Shown here: positions 1 through 10,285 of the stretch, in pieces
Position numbering within the stretch: the first letter of the stretch is position 1
How the letters are laid out: every line of letters starts with the position of its first letter
DNA from: a virus
IMG/VR virus record: IMGVR_UViG_3300027782_000040
Direction: 5' to 3' (one strand)
DNA length: 64,000 nt
Translations under genes and position numbers: made by a program
The notes under the pieces: generated by a model
Databases searched by the model: none
The model's input: only the letters and a program-made list of their open reading frames with translations
Told to the model about the DNA's origin: nothing

Positions 1-1713
1 GTTTTAAAGGATACTGTTGATATTACAATAAAGAAACCATCCATTGATGTAATGAAAAGAATCATTATGAAAACATTATCAGAATGTTTTTATTTTAAGA
101 AATTAGAAGAAGATTCACCAGTGGCATTTAAATCTTTAACAGAAAAATTAAAATATTTTCATCCGGCTTTTCACTCTACAACGCCAGAAGGATTAAATGG
201 TAGATTAACATTCTTATTACAATGTTTAAGACCTGGAGATACCATACCAATTAAAGGTCTTTCAGATAACACAGATATTGGGGCAAGAAATACAACTTTC
301 GGACCACCACCAATTTGTGTATTAAGAATTGGTGATTTTTATCATTCAAAAATTATTATTAAAGATGTTAATATAACATACGAAGAAGGGGTTTGGGATT
401 TTAATCCTGAGGGCATAGGTGTACAACCTATGATTGCCAACGTTCAATTACAAATAACATTTATTGGTGGACAAGGATTAGATAGACCTGTTGAAAAATT
501 ACAAAATGCGTTATCATCAAATTTCTTTGCAAATACGGAAATGTATGATGAGAGGTCAATACCAACAGACGGTAGGATTGGTTATGAGAATAAAGAAAAA
601 TTCACAAAAGAATTTTTACAGACATTAAATAATTTTGATATTGCAAAAACCGCATCAGTTCCTACAGATACAAATAAACCAACACAAGGTGAATTTATTG
701 GAACGGGTATCGGTACTAAATTAGTATATACAACTATTGTTGATGATTTTTACACCAAATCTGTAAATTATACTAATATATATAAATCAGCATACGAACA
801 AATTTATAAATCATATGGACCTAAAGTAAGTGGTTTATTTTTCTCACCAAATTATAGAACAATATTTGAAGCAACAATAGCAGGTGGTTATTCACCATTA
901 CCAATGTTTGGACAATACTCAGGAACAACTGTATTATTAGATTATATGGATAACTTTAAAGAATCTATGTATAATTCCATATCGGCAAATTTAATGATGG
1001 ATTTACTTGGATTTAATTTAGGTGGAGGAGATATACAAGCCCAAGCTGAAAGTATAATAACACCTATTATTATAAAAATAGTAAATGATAAAATTGATGA
1101 ATTTAGTAATCTAACTCCGATAAAAGATTTAGAAAAGTCTAGAAATGAAATGGTCGGTTTAATCGACAAGTTAAATTATGTTGTTTCAGTTTCTGGAGAT
1201 ACAAAAATTTCAGGAACGACATTAATTAAATTAACATTTCCGACTGGTTTTAATACAATTGATTTCACATTAAATTATGATAATGTAATTGAATATTTAA
1301 GAACATTTAATAATAATAGAGATAATCTTTATGATTCGGGTTTTGACTTTAATACTTTGACAACAATAAATGTGGACGATTTAAAAGATATTTTAAAATT
1401 ATTTTTAGTTAATAGTAAATCAGAAATTATTAGACCATTAATTGATTCATTTAATGAAGACGACATGATGATAGGAATTATAGAAACTTTTTATGGTATT
1501 TTTGATACATTTGTTAGTCCTGACCCATTAATACTCATAAATTCTATAATTACATTAGAAACCGCACCACTAAAAAGAAACAGTAATTCAATTGAATATG
1601 AAACATCAGTAGATAGTCCATATACAATTGAAATAGAAGACCCTAATGATGATATATTCAAAATATTCTCACCAAAAAATAACCTTGGAGCAACTTTAAA
1701 TTTTTATAGATAA
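1..1713 (+). CDS. Virion structural protein, 5'-truncated by the window (probable tail-tube initiator/baseplate component)
   Basis: The frame is open from base 1 (VLKDTVDITIKKPSIDVM...). The segment FGPPPICVLRIGDFYHSKIII resembles tube-initiator folds. It lies directly upstream of a gp53/LysM-like gene and a hub gene. Confidence 0.55.
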   Translation, partial: VLKDTVDITIKKPSIDVMKRIIMKTLSECFYFKKLEEDSPVAFKSLTEKLKYFHPAFHSTTPEGLNGRLTFLLQCLRPGDTIPIKGLSDNTDIGARNTTFGPPPICVLRIGDFYHSKIIIKDVNITYEEGVWDFNPEGIGVQPMIANVQLQITFIGGQGLDRPVEKLQNALSSNFFANTEMYDERSIPTDGRIGYENKEKFTKEFLQTLNNFDIAKTASVPTDTNKPTQGEFIGTGIGTKLVYTTIVDDFYTKSVNYTNIYKSAYEQIYKSYGPKVSGLFFSPNYRTIFEATIAGGYSPLPMFGQYSGTTVLLDYMDNFKESMYNSISANLMMDLLGFNLGGGDIQAQAESIITPIIIKIVNDKIDEFSNLTPIKDLEKSRNEMVGLIDKLNYVVSVSGDTKISGTTLIKLTFPTGFNTIDFTLNYDNVIEYLRTFNNNRDNLYDSGFDFNTLTTINVDDLKDILKLFLVNSKSEIIRPLIDSFNEDDMMIGIIETFYGIFDTFVSPDPLILINSIITLETAPLKRNSNSIEYETSVDSPYTIEIEDPNDDIFKIFSPKNNLGATLNFYR

Positions 1714-2039
1714 TGAGTAGAAACTATTACAATAGATACCAAGATTATATTACTGATGGAAAATTTAGAATTGTTCCAGGAATTGAGATACCAATCAAAC
1801 CAACAGACAAATATTTACAATATAAAAAAGGAAAACACAGAATGGACATTTTATCACAAGAATATTATGGTTCACCTATGTTTGGATGGTTAATATTGTT
1901 AGCCAACCCATCGGTTGGTAGTATTGAATTTGAAATACCTGATAATTCTTATATAAGGGTACCATTTCCTTTATTAACCTCTTTACAAGATTATAAAAAC
2001 GGTGTAGAATTGTATAACTTATATTATGGCGAACAATAA
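1713..2039 (+). CDS. LysM-like baseplate wedge protein (T4 gp53-like)
   Basis: RMDILSQEYYGSPMFGWLILLANP...IRVP matches the gp53/LysM-like pattern; TAATG coupling. Confidence 0.75.
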   Translation: MSRNYYNRYQDYITDGKFRIVPGIEIPIKPTDKYLQYKKGKHRMDILSQEYYGSPMFGWLILLANPSVGSIEFEIPDNSYIRVPFPLLTSLQDYKNGVELYNLYYGEQ

Positions 2040-5000
2040 TTTAAATGGTAGTGAAAATATATTAGTTAAAGTTGATGAAAATAATTTAATATATATTGAC
2101 CCAAACAGTATAGTTAACGGAGATACCGTTGAACCTAGAGGTGTGAGTCCAGAAAATTACGTCATGTATGTTAATTTAGAGGCGGACTTAGTCCCAAGAT
2201 CTATTTTAACCGCACCAGGAGATCAAAAATTAAGTGGAAAATTACAATCAATTGCAAAGGGAACATTAAATTTTCTAAAAAATCAAAATGGACAAGATTA
2301 TGATACATCTTGGACTGAAGCATTTTCACAGGTTAAACAAGATAAAGATAGTGAAGGAAAAGAATTTAATTATCAAAACGATTCGTCAGGACAATCTTTT
2401 GGTATTGATAGTATTAACATTTCAATTAAGGGCGCAAACTTTATTCCACAAATTACAATAAATTTTATTGACGTTAGAGGTAAAACATTATTTGAATCAC
2501 CTCAAAATTCACCATATAAGGCATTTTTTCATTTACCATGGCCAATATTTTATTTAACAATAAAAGGTTATTACGGTAAGGCTATAAGATATCGTTTACA
2601 TATGACTAAGTTTACGTCTAAGTACAATGAATCAAATGGTAATTTTGATATAACTACAACATTTGTTGGATCAACATATGCTTATTTGAACGATATACCA
2701 TTAACAGGTATATTAAATGCACCATATATGTTTTACATTGAAAGTGATAGTAGATTAACTTTCAATCCACAAACAGGAACATACGAAAAGAGAATAAAAA
2801 AGTCATCAAAAGGATATTCAACACTTAAAACAGTATATGATGAATATAAAACTAAAGGTTTAATACCTAAAGATTTTCCAGTTAAAACACTTAGGGAAGT
2901 TATTACAATTGCTAAAAGTTTAGATAAAATTTTAGAAAGAACTATTTTTGACAAAGTTGTAGATTTTAAATTATTTAATGGAGTTAAAGAGTTTGAGAAA
3001 ATAATTATTGAATTTGAAACCTCAATAAATAATTGGTCAGATACAAATTTAACAAATCAAATTATAACTTTTACCGATAATCCAAAAGTGGATTACTTTA
3101 TACAAAAAGGAAACGAAAAGGAAAGAGGTTCTTTAATTAAAATAACTGGAGCAACAACAAATGAAAGTGGGTCATTAAAAATGTTAATAGCAAATTATAA
3201 AAAGGCATTAAACGACACTAAAATATCTTCATCTGACTTAATTAAAGATAAAGAAATTGATGCTAATTTTAAAAATGTGAAGATTGATATTAGAGAAATT
3301 GACCAATATTACAAACAAAGTGTATCTCAATATGTTGTTGCTAAAGAACTAATAATAGATGATATAAAAAAAATTCAAACATCCTTTGTTCAAGAAAGAG
3401 ACAAGTTACAAAAAAGTGTGGAAGAAAAAATGAATACCATCATAAAAAATAAAACTACAGGTATTGGATTTGACCCAACAATTAGAAATATTTTTGCAAT
3501 AATATTAGCAAACGCAGATGTATACATTAGATTATTGAAAGATGTTCATAAATCGGCTTTTGACGCTTCAGAAAAAAGAAAAAAATATTTTGCTGGTTTG
3601 ATAGATGAGGCACCTGGTGGTAACGACTACCAAATATATCCATGGCCAGAAGTTAAAAAACTAACGGGGACAGATAAAAGAAAAGTAATAGCTTATCCTG
3701 GAGATTCTGATTTATTAAAAAAACTAAAATCAGATGACAAAAATCTATGGCCCGAAGTTGATTTTGTGGAAAATTTTGTTGGGGTATCAACTAAAAGAAT
3801 TGATACATTGGCGGAAAAAGAAGGAGGAGTTGGAAATGTAAATTTTATTTTTGAATCAAATGATAAAAATGATAAGTACTTACCAACATCAAATTTATTA
3901 AGTTTGTCAGTTGGATCACCATATAGTAATAAATCACCGGCTAATATTTTTTATGAAATATATGAAAGAGCAAAAATGACAACATTGTTAGATAAGTTTG
4001 GTGATAATAACACGCTACATGAATTGGCGAATATTGAATTTGATAATATAAAATATTCATTTAATGAAGACTATGATTTAGTCAATTTAATTAAAGGATT
4101 ATCAACAGTAGATATATTAAAAAATAATCTTTCACTATATTCACCTGTTGAGCGTTACCCATATTATAAAGACCAATTACCAACCGTATCGTATATTAAA
4201 GATTTATTAGAAAATTCATTTGAAATAAAACAATCTTATGGTGATGAATTTAAAACAGATAAATCAAGTTCATTTGGTAGATTAAGTGCCGTATTAGAGA
4301 ATTATAAAGTTGAAGATTATAGAAAAAACATTTATCCATTTAATTCTACCGAGTATTTAACTTATTTAAATAAAACATCTTTTGAAAGCAGTTTGGAGTT
4401 CACAAAATTATTTCAGATTAATACAAAATCAGGATTTATTCGTACACCGATTGAACCCAAATCTTGGGTTAAAAGTGATTATACTACAAATTTATTTAGT
4501 CAAAAATTAGAAATAGGTGATTCAAAAATTAACATACTTAATACTCCATATTTTCATAAACAATTATTTAACGATAACTTCACAAAATCAGCTGGAAAAT
4601 ATGTCGGTTCGGCATATTTGTTATTAAACTCATTACCATTTAAAGATTTAGAAGATACATTAACATTTAGTGTCCCAAGTAGTTCGGTTAATATGGCATC
4701 TATGTTTAAAGAAGTCGGGTCAACACATTATGTCCCATATCATTTGATGTTGAAATGGGGGTCTATTTACCATAGATATAAAAAATATATTATAGATGGT
4801 ATTGATATATTAACTGGATTTACAACATCAAACGTTAGTACCACCACAACATCAATTAATGGTTCGTTGTTTTTTAGCGGTTCAACATATACGGGGACAA
4901 CGTATAACACCTTTACTATAAGTGGCACAAATATTAACTACTCAACTGAAATTGGAATTCATCCGTATTATGAAAATATATTTCATGAGGTTATTAATGA

Positions 5001-7791
5001 TAATCCTTTTTATGACTATACTTTAGGAAATACATCATTTTCGGCGATAACCGCCGATGGAACGTATGTTAGTAGAAATAGACTGGTAAATGAAATAAAT
5101 TATCGGACGACTTATATTGACAACTCTAAAATTTATTCAGGTAGTACGTATTATACGTTATTACCATGTGACGGAGCAAACGCAAAAACTAATTTAAATA
5201 CATATGATGATTATTTAAAAGGAGAACAATCCAATTTTAGAGTGATTTGGTCAGATGAACAAATTACAGATGTTTTCTCAGGTAAAACATTTAATACACC
5301 TAAACAATATGTGAGAAGTTCATCGAATAATAATTATTCAATTAGTAATAACAATAAAAAAGTTATAGATTTAATTGCAACATTTAGTCCTGATATTTTA
5401 AGTACATTTGAATCATTTTTTATTGAGTTTGCTTCAGAAAGATTAAATGTGGAGGTAGAAAGAAAAATATTACCTAATTATACCGAACCCGCACCGTCAG
5501 AAAATAGACATTATATAAGATATGATAATTTTCAAAATCTTTTAAAATCTATTGTTACAGTTGATAAAACTAAAATAGACTCAACTGATTTATATACCTC
5601 AATTCAAAAAGAACAAGAGAATAATCTAAAAACAATTACAGAAAATATATTAAATTCAGATAATTTAATTAAGATTACATTAGGGAACCCTAAAGAAATT
5701 AATCCACATGTTTGGGACGGATTTACAAAATTTTCAATCGGTAATACTTTTACATATGATGAATATAATGAATTACAATATGCCGATAATTTAAAATATA
5801 TTACATTATATATAGGAGAGGTCCCACTGAATAGTGATAATTATTATAAACAATTTTTTACGGTAAATAATATAGAATTATCTGAAGAAAATATTTTACA
5901 ATTTAGACCTTTAGTATTGATATTTGCTGGATGGTTAAAAAGTAAAGGTTTATCATACACCCCATCAAAGAGTGATTTCCAATCATATATTGCGACAAAT
6001 GTTCTCTCAACGGCAGAAGATAGATTAGTAAAATATTTGACACAAATTTTAAGGAAAATAAATTCTAATGAATTCATATCCGACATATCGTCTAATAATA
6101 AAATAACCCCAACAAGTGGGTATAATGACGCTTTATTAAAAGTTGAATTGTATAACCATTTTAAGTCATTTAACGATAAATGGGTAGCAGGAAATTCAAT
6201 CGGACAACGAGGACTATTAGAAGAATTTTTATTTTTAGATAAGGCAAATAAAGATATTGGAAGTTTAGCATATCTTAGTTTAGATAAGTTAATAGCTTTA
6301 GAAGACCCAAAAAATGATAACGCAGACTTATATAGTGTTATTAGTATGTTACTATCAGGTACGGGATTTGATATGAGAGCTTTACCGGCATATGTTAATT
6401 TTTATGGAACTAACTTTACAAATAAATCTAAAGTAACTTCATCAAAACAAGTTGCTAAAAATATATTTGGAACATTTTTAGAAGTAGACTATCAGGAATC
6501 TTCACCAAAAATAGTTGTTCAATATACGGGACCAACATCTAAACATTTAGAGTTATCCGATATTAGTAAAGATTATAAATTTAAAAATGATAGTGGTAAT
6601 TTATTTAATGGACAAGGTGGACCTTTAACTATAACAATACCCGATGTATTTGCCACAGGAGACTTAGCTAAATCAAATAAAGTGGTTGCTTTTGAAGTTA
6701 GCGTCGGAGATCAAAATCAAGGAATATTCAAAGGAGTTAGACTTGACCAAACTTCAATTAGAAATACAAGTGAATCATTTTCAGTTATTGAAAATATGGG
6801 ACGTTCTGAAAGTGGAGCGGGAACATATAACGTAGATATTGGTTTATTTGACATCTATAGACAAGCATCATATAGTTGCGAAGTTTCGTGTATGGGAAAT
6901 GTTATGATTCAACCGACAATGTTCTTTTATTTAAAAAACATACCAATGTTCAGAGGTTCATATTGGATAACGGAAGTTTCACATAACATCCAAGGAAATA
7001 AAATTAATACAACATTTAAAGGGTCTAGAATTCCGTACGCGTCATTACCTGATCCTAAGGATTCCTTCTTCTCAAGTTATAGAGTTTATTTTGATAAAAT
7101 AACAAATGATGCGGTGGCTAAAGTAAAACAAGCGTCAGAATTGGGAACAACAAACGAAATACCTTACGAAGGGTTTGATGGACGTTCATCAACAATTGAC
7201 ATGGGACCAAAAGAGAAACATAAAGATGTAAAACCCGTAGGAGATATTGGAGTTACTAATTATGGAATACCATATAATGGTTACGAAGGTGAAAAGTATA
7301 TACAACTTGTAAGTAAACCAGGTATAGAAGGAAAATGGTTAAGAGCAAGAGCAATAGAGATGGGTGGTAGTAAAAATGATTTATCAGACGATACACAGAT
7401 GCAATTATTAATAGATGCGGATAAATGGGGAGATAAAGATGGTAATTTTTTAACAATAGATAAATCTGTATTAACGTGGAAATTAGTTAAAGGAGCTTCA
7501 AGTAAAAGATATTTTTACGCAACCAAATTTTTACACAAAACAGTCGCAAACGAAAACCATATAATATCAACAAAAACAGTATTTAAAAACCCTAATAGTG
7601 GAAAAACGGTAACCGTACCCCCAATTGGTCAATCACCAATGACACTTAATAATTTAACTGGACCAATTAGTGTTGGTCCGGCAGAAGATGGTTATGGTAT
7701 TACATTATCTAAAAAATTAATGATTGATTTAGGGTTAAAAGACGGAGACGAGATATTTTTTAGAGACGATTACGACGTTATATACAAATAA
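2026..7791 (+). CDS. Large baseplate hub protein (gp27/VgrG-like) with a degenerate C-terminal RlpA-like double-psi beta-barrel
   Basis: 1921 aa. Hub motif SCEVSCMGNVMIQPTMFFYLKNIPMFRGSYWITEVSHNI; C-terminal NPNSGKTVTV...GP...GITLSKKLMIDLGLKDGD. Confidence 0.65.
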   Translation: MANNNLNGSENILVKVDENNLIYIDPNSIVNGDTVEPRGVSPENYVMYVNLEADLVPRSILTAPGDQKLSGKLQSIAKGTLNFLKNQNGQDYDTSWTEAFSQVKQDKDSEGKEFNYQNDSSGQSFGIDSINISIKGANFIPQITINFIDVRGKTLFESPQNSPYKAFFHLPWPIFYLTIKGYYGKAIRYRLHMTKFTSKYNESNGNFDITTTFVGSTYAYLNDIPLTGILNAPYMFYIESDSRLTFNPQTGTYEKRIKKSSKGYSTLKTVYDEYKTKGLIPKDFPVKTLREVITIAKSLDKILERTIFDKVVDFKLFNGVKEFEKIIIEFETSINNWSDTNLTNQIITFTDNPKVDYFIQKGNEKERGSLIKITGATTNESGSLKMLIANYKKALNDTKISSSDLIKDKEIDANFKNVKIDIREIDQYYKQSVSQYVVAKELIIDDIKKIQTSFVQERDKLQKSVEEKMNTIIKNKTTGIGFDPTIRNIFAIILANADVYIRLLKDVHKSAFDASEKRKKYFAGLIDEAPGGNDYQIYPWPEVKKLTGTDKRKVIAYPGDSDLLKKLKSDDKNLWPEVDFVENFVGVSTKRIDTLAEKEGGVGNVNFIFESNDKNDKYLPTSNLLSLSVGSPYSNKSPANIFYEIYERAKMTTLLDKFGDNNTLHELANIEFDNIKYSFNEDYDLVNLIKGLSTVDILKNNLSLYSPVERYPYYKDQLPTVSYIKDLLENSFEIKQSYGDEFKTDKSSSFGRLSAVLENYKVEDYRKNIYPFNSTEYLTYLNKTSFESSLEFTKLFQINTKSGFIRTPIEPKSWVKSDYTTNLFSQKLEIGDSKINILNTPYFHKQLFNDNFTKSAGKYVGSAYLLLNSLPFKDLEDTLTFSVPSSSVNMASMFKEVGSTHYVPYHLMLKWGSIYHRYKKYIIDGIDILTGFTTSNVSTTTTSINGSLFFSGSTYTGTTYNTFTISGTNINYSTEIGIHPYYENIFHEVINDNPFYDYTLGNTSFSAITADGTYVSRNRLVNEINYRTTYIDNSKIYSGSTYYTLLPCDGANAKTNLNTYDDYLKGEQSNFRVIWSDEQITDVFSGKTFNTPKQYVRSSSNNNYSISNNNKKVIDLIATFSPDILSTFESFFIEFASERLNVEVERKILPNYTEPAPSENRHYIRYDNFQNLLKSIVTVDKTKIDSTDLYTSIQKEQENNLKTITENILNSDNLIKITLGNPKEINPHVWDGFTKFSIGNTFTYDEYNELQYADNLKYITLYIGEVPLNSDNYYKQFFTVNNIELSEENILQFRPLVLIFAGWLKSKGLSYTPSKSDFQSYIATNVLSTAEDRLVKYLTQILRKINSNEFISDISSNNKITPTSGYNDALLKVELYNHFKSFNDKWVAGNSIGQRGLLEEFLFLDKANKDIGSLAYLSLDKLIALEDPKNDNADLYSVISMLLSGTGFDMRALPAYVNFYGTNFTNKSKVTSSKQVAKNIFGTFLEVDYQESSPKIVVQYTGPTSKHLELSDISKDYKFKNDSGNLFNGQGGPLTITIPDVFATGDLAKSNKVVAFEVSVGDQNQGIFKGVRLDQTSIRNTSESFSVIENMGRSESGAGTYNVDIGLFDIYRQASYSCEVSCMGNVMIQPTMFFYLKNIPMFRGSYWITEVSHNIQGNKINTTFKGSRIPYASLPDPKDSFFSSYRVYFDKITNDAVAKVKQASELGTTNEIPYEGFDGRSSTIDMGPKEKHKDVKPVGDIGVTNYGIPYNGYEGEKYIQLVSKPGIEGKWLRARAIEMGGSKNDLSDDTQMQLLIDADKWGDKDGNFLTIDKSVLTWKLVKGASSKRYFYATKFLHKTVANENHIISTKTVFKNPNSGKTVTVPPIGQSPMTLNNLTGPISVGPAEDGYGITLSKKLMIDLGLKDGDEIFFRDDYDVIYK

Positions 7792-7814
7792 TTGAATAAT
7801 AACAATATTTAGGA

Positions 7815-7822
7815 TATTTATA
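7815..7822 (+). promoter_or_regulatory. Putative late promoter TATTTAT(A/T); representative of 13 copies
   Basis: The same octamer occurs upstream of starts at 7815, 16633, 18972, 27296, 37306, 38102, 38690, 42089, 46917, 53985, 55960, 58097 and 60042. Confidence 0.65.
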
Positions 7823-7839
7823 TTAATAAAAGAAATATT

Positions 7840-8043
7840 ATGGAAAATAATAAATTAAATAACACAGTAAATCAATTCTTAAACCCTAAACAGGTTAAAA
7901 GTATGTCCCAAGACGGAATGGAAAGAGAAGAATGTGATTTGATGACTGGTGAATGTTATACAATCAGAGAAAAAGACGGAATAGTAGAAAGAATAAATAA
8001 AAAATACGTTACAAACGACGGTAGACAATTATTACAAGATTAA
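7840..8043 (+). CDS. Hypothetical protein (67 aa)
   Basis: Clean ORF after a TATTTATA motif; contains CDLMTGEC. Confidence 0.75.
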   Translation: MENNKLNNTVNQFLNPKQVKSMSQDGMEREECDLMTGECYTIREKDGIVERINKKYVTNDGRQLLQD

Positions 8044-8047
8044 AGCC

Positions 8048-8689
8048 ATGTTAGAGAAAAAATTACAAGAAGAATTAAATCGTTATAATGCCATTAATAA
8101 ATATGGTAAAACGATGATAATCGAGCAAGATGCACCTACAGATCCGGCTCCTGAATTACCACCAGCAGGTCCTACAGATCCAGCGGCGGCACCTACAGAT
8201 GATGCAACAGTACCTATGGACGCTGCAGCACCATTAGATGCGGCTGCACCTGCACCTGAAATGGACAGTACAGAAGAAATTGATATCACAGATTTAGTTG
8301 GCATGACTAAAAGTATAAAGAGAGATTTAGAGAATAAACAACAAGACCACGGTACTATTGTTAGTAAAATGGATGACGTATTTACTAAATTAGGTGACTT
8401 AGAACAAAAACTTGCTCAAATGGATCAAGTGATGGCTAAAATTGACCAATTAGGTGTTGAGGTTCAACAAATGAAACCTGAAACTCCTGTTGAGAAATTA
8501 GAAATGCGTTCATTAGATTCGTACCCATTTAATGAAAAACCGTCTGAATTTTTTGACCACAAACAAGGTGAAATGAGAGCTAGTGGAAAAAATGAATACA
8601 TTTTAACTAAAGATGATGTTGAAAATTATAACCCAACAATAAAGGCATCGTTTAACCCAGAAGAAGAGAAAGATGAATATAGCTACTAA
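8048..8689 (+). CDS. Hypothetical acidic, Pro/Ala-rich coiled-coil protein (probable head-associated)
   Basis: 213 aa; N-terminal LQEELNRYNAINKY, then a low-complexity linker and a heptad region. Confidence 0.6.
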   Translation: MLEKKLQEELNRYNAINKYGKTMIIEQDAPTDPAPELPPAGPTDPAAAPTDDATVPMDAAAPLDAAAPAPEMDSTEEIDITDLVGMTKSIKRDLENKQQDHGTIVSKMDDVFTKLGDLEQKLAQMDQVMAKIDQLGVEVQQMKPETPVEKLEMRSLDSYPFNEKPSEFFDHKQGEMRASGKNEYILTKDDVENYNPTIKASFNPEEEKDEYSY

Positions 8690-9044
8690 AGTAAAGTTCC
8701 TTTTGGAGGTTCAAGTACAATTCAGGATTAATCATTGGCAAACTAAAGAGTTCTCAAGACATAATGCATTTGGTGGAATATATGATGCATTAGGAGATTT
8801 AATTGACAGGTTTGTTGAAGAGTCAATGGGAAAATATGGTAGATTCGTTTTAGATGATGAAAGTAAAACAATCAATTTACAGAACTTAGCGGAACTCGAC
8901 CTTAAAGGAATGTTAAAAACAACTAAAGACGCTTTAATTCAATTTACAGAAGAATTTGAATCTACAGATACTAATCTTATGAACATAAGAGATGAAATCT
9001 TAGGTGAAGTAAATAAACTACAATATCTATTAACATTAGAATAA
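8673..9044 (+). CDS. Dps/ferritin-like protein (DUF5856-like)
   Basis: HWQT...HNAFGGIYDAL...DRFVE and RDEILGEVNKLQYLL match the Dps-like four-helix bundle signature. Confidence 0.75.
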   Translation: MNIATKVKFLLEVQVQFRINHWQTKEFSRHNAFGGIYDALGDLIDRFVEESMGKYGRFVLDDESKTINLQNLAELDLKGMLKTTKDALIQFTEEFESTDTNLMNIRDEILGEVNKLQYLLTLE

Positions 9045-9064
9045 AAATTAAAAAATATTAAAAA

Positions 9065-9292
9065 ATGCAATCAGGATCAGCAGCTAGAACAGCGTCAAAT
9101 ACATCAACAGGGTCGTTAGCTTATATTGATGGTTTAATATCAGGGGCAACATCTCAAGGACTATATCAAATTACCTTAGACCCAAGATACGTGAATGACG
9201 CGATAGTAACCACATTAACAAATTATGGTTATAAAATTCAGACTAAGAACAATTTTATGGGTACCAATAACGATTATGTGATTAGTTGGTAA
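9065..9292 (+). CDS. Hypothetical protein (75 aa)
   Basis: ORF with A-rich leader, followed by a terminator. Confidence 0.7.
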   Translation: MQSGSAARTASNTSTGSLAYIDGLISGATSQGLYQITLDPRYVNDAIVTTLTNYGYKIQTKNNFMGTNNDYVISW

Positions 9293-9317
9293 CAAAAAAA
9301 TACTTTAAAAATAATTC

Positions 9318-9346
9318 AACCCAGATTTCACAGTCTGGGTTTTTTT
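9318..9346 (+). terminator. Intrinsic terminator
   Basis: Stem aacccagat/gtctgggtt with loop ttcaca, then a T-run; separates the late block from the SSB operon. Confidence 0.85.
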
Positions 9347-9393
9347 ATGTATATTATATCATAAATGATTATTAAAATTTAAATCAAAATCAC

Positions 9394-10236
9394 ATGTCTA
9401 CATTTGACGCAGTACTTGCACAGTACGAGAAAAACAAAAACGCCACAAGTGGCAACAGCAACAAAATGTCCTCAGAGGACAGAATGAAACGTTATTTCAC
9501 AACCGTATTACCTAAGGGTTCTAAGGGTGAAGAAAGACGTATTCGTATTTTACCTACAAAAGACGGTTCTTCTCCGTTTGTAGAGGTTTACTTCCACGAA
9601 ATTCAAGTGGATGGAAAATGGGTTAAATTATATGACCCAAAACAAGAAGGAAAACGTTCACCATTAAATGAGGTTAATGAAGCTTTAATGGGTACAGGTG
9701 TTGAGGCTGATAGAGAAGCTGCACGTCAATATCGTTCTCGTAAATTCTATATCGTTAAAGTTATAGATAGAGACCACGAATCAGACGGAGTTAAATTTTG
9801 GAGATTTAAACACAACCATAAAGGTGATGGTGTTATCGACAAAGTATTCCCAATCTTCCGTAATAAGGGCGATGTTACCAATGCGGAAACAGGTCGTGAT
9901 TTAATCTTGTCTTTAACCTTAACAAAGGCGGGTACAGGAAAAGAATACACTGTTATTAATTCAGTATTAAATGATGACCCAAGTCCATTACATACTGACG
10001 CTGACGTTGCAAAAACGTGGTTAGAAGATGAATTAACTTGGTCTGATGTTTACTCTAAAAAGGGTGAAGATTATTTGGAAATGGTTGCAAGAGGTGAGGT
10101 TCCACGTTGGGACACAGCAAGTAGCAAATGGGTTTCTAATTTGACAACAGAAGAAACTATCGGAGCACCGAAATCTTCTACACCTGTGGTTGACCCACAA
10201 GATGATGCGGATGTAGATTCAGATCTTCCGTTCTAA
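9394..10236 (+). CDS. Single-stranded DNA-binding protein (T4 gp32-like)
   Basis: RIRILP...F...FHEI, FYIVKVIDR, GRDLIL; acidic C-terminus DADVDSDLPF. Confidence 0.85.
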   Translation: MSTFDAVLAQYEKNKNATSGNSNKMSSEDRMKRYFTTVLPKGSKGEERRIRILPTKDGSSPFVEVYFHEIQVDGKWVKLYDPKQEGKRSPLNEVNEALMGTGVEADREAARQYRSRKFYIVKVIDRDHESDGVKFWRFKHNHKGDGVIDKVFPIFRNKGDVTNAETGRDLILSLTLTKAGTGKEYTVINSVLNDDPSPLHTDADVAKTWLEDELTWSDVYSKKGEDYLEMVARGEVPRWDTASSKWVSNLTTEETIGAPKSSTPVVDPQDDADVDSDLPF

Positions 10237-10245
10237 TTATTTAAC

Positions 10246-10273
10246 GGGGTGGTGAAATATCCACCCTATTTTT
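10246..10273 (+). terminator. Hairpin / probable weak terminator after ssb
   Basis: Stem ggggtgg/ccaccct followed by attttt. Confidence 0.6.
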
Positions 10274-10285
10274 AAAAACAAAAAC

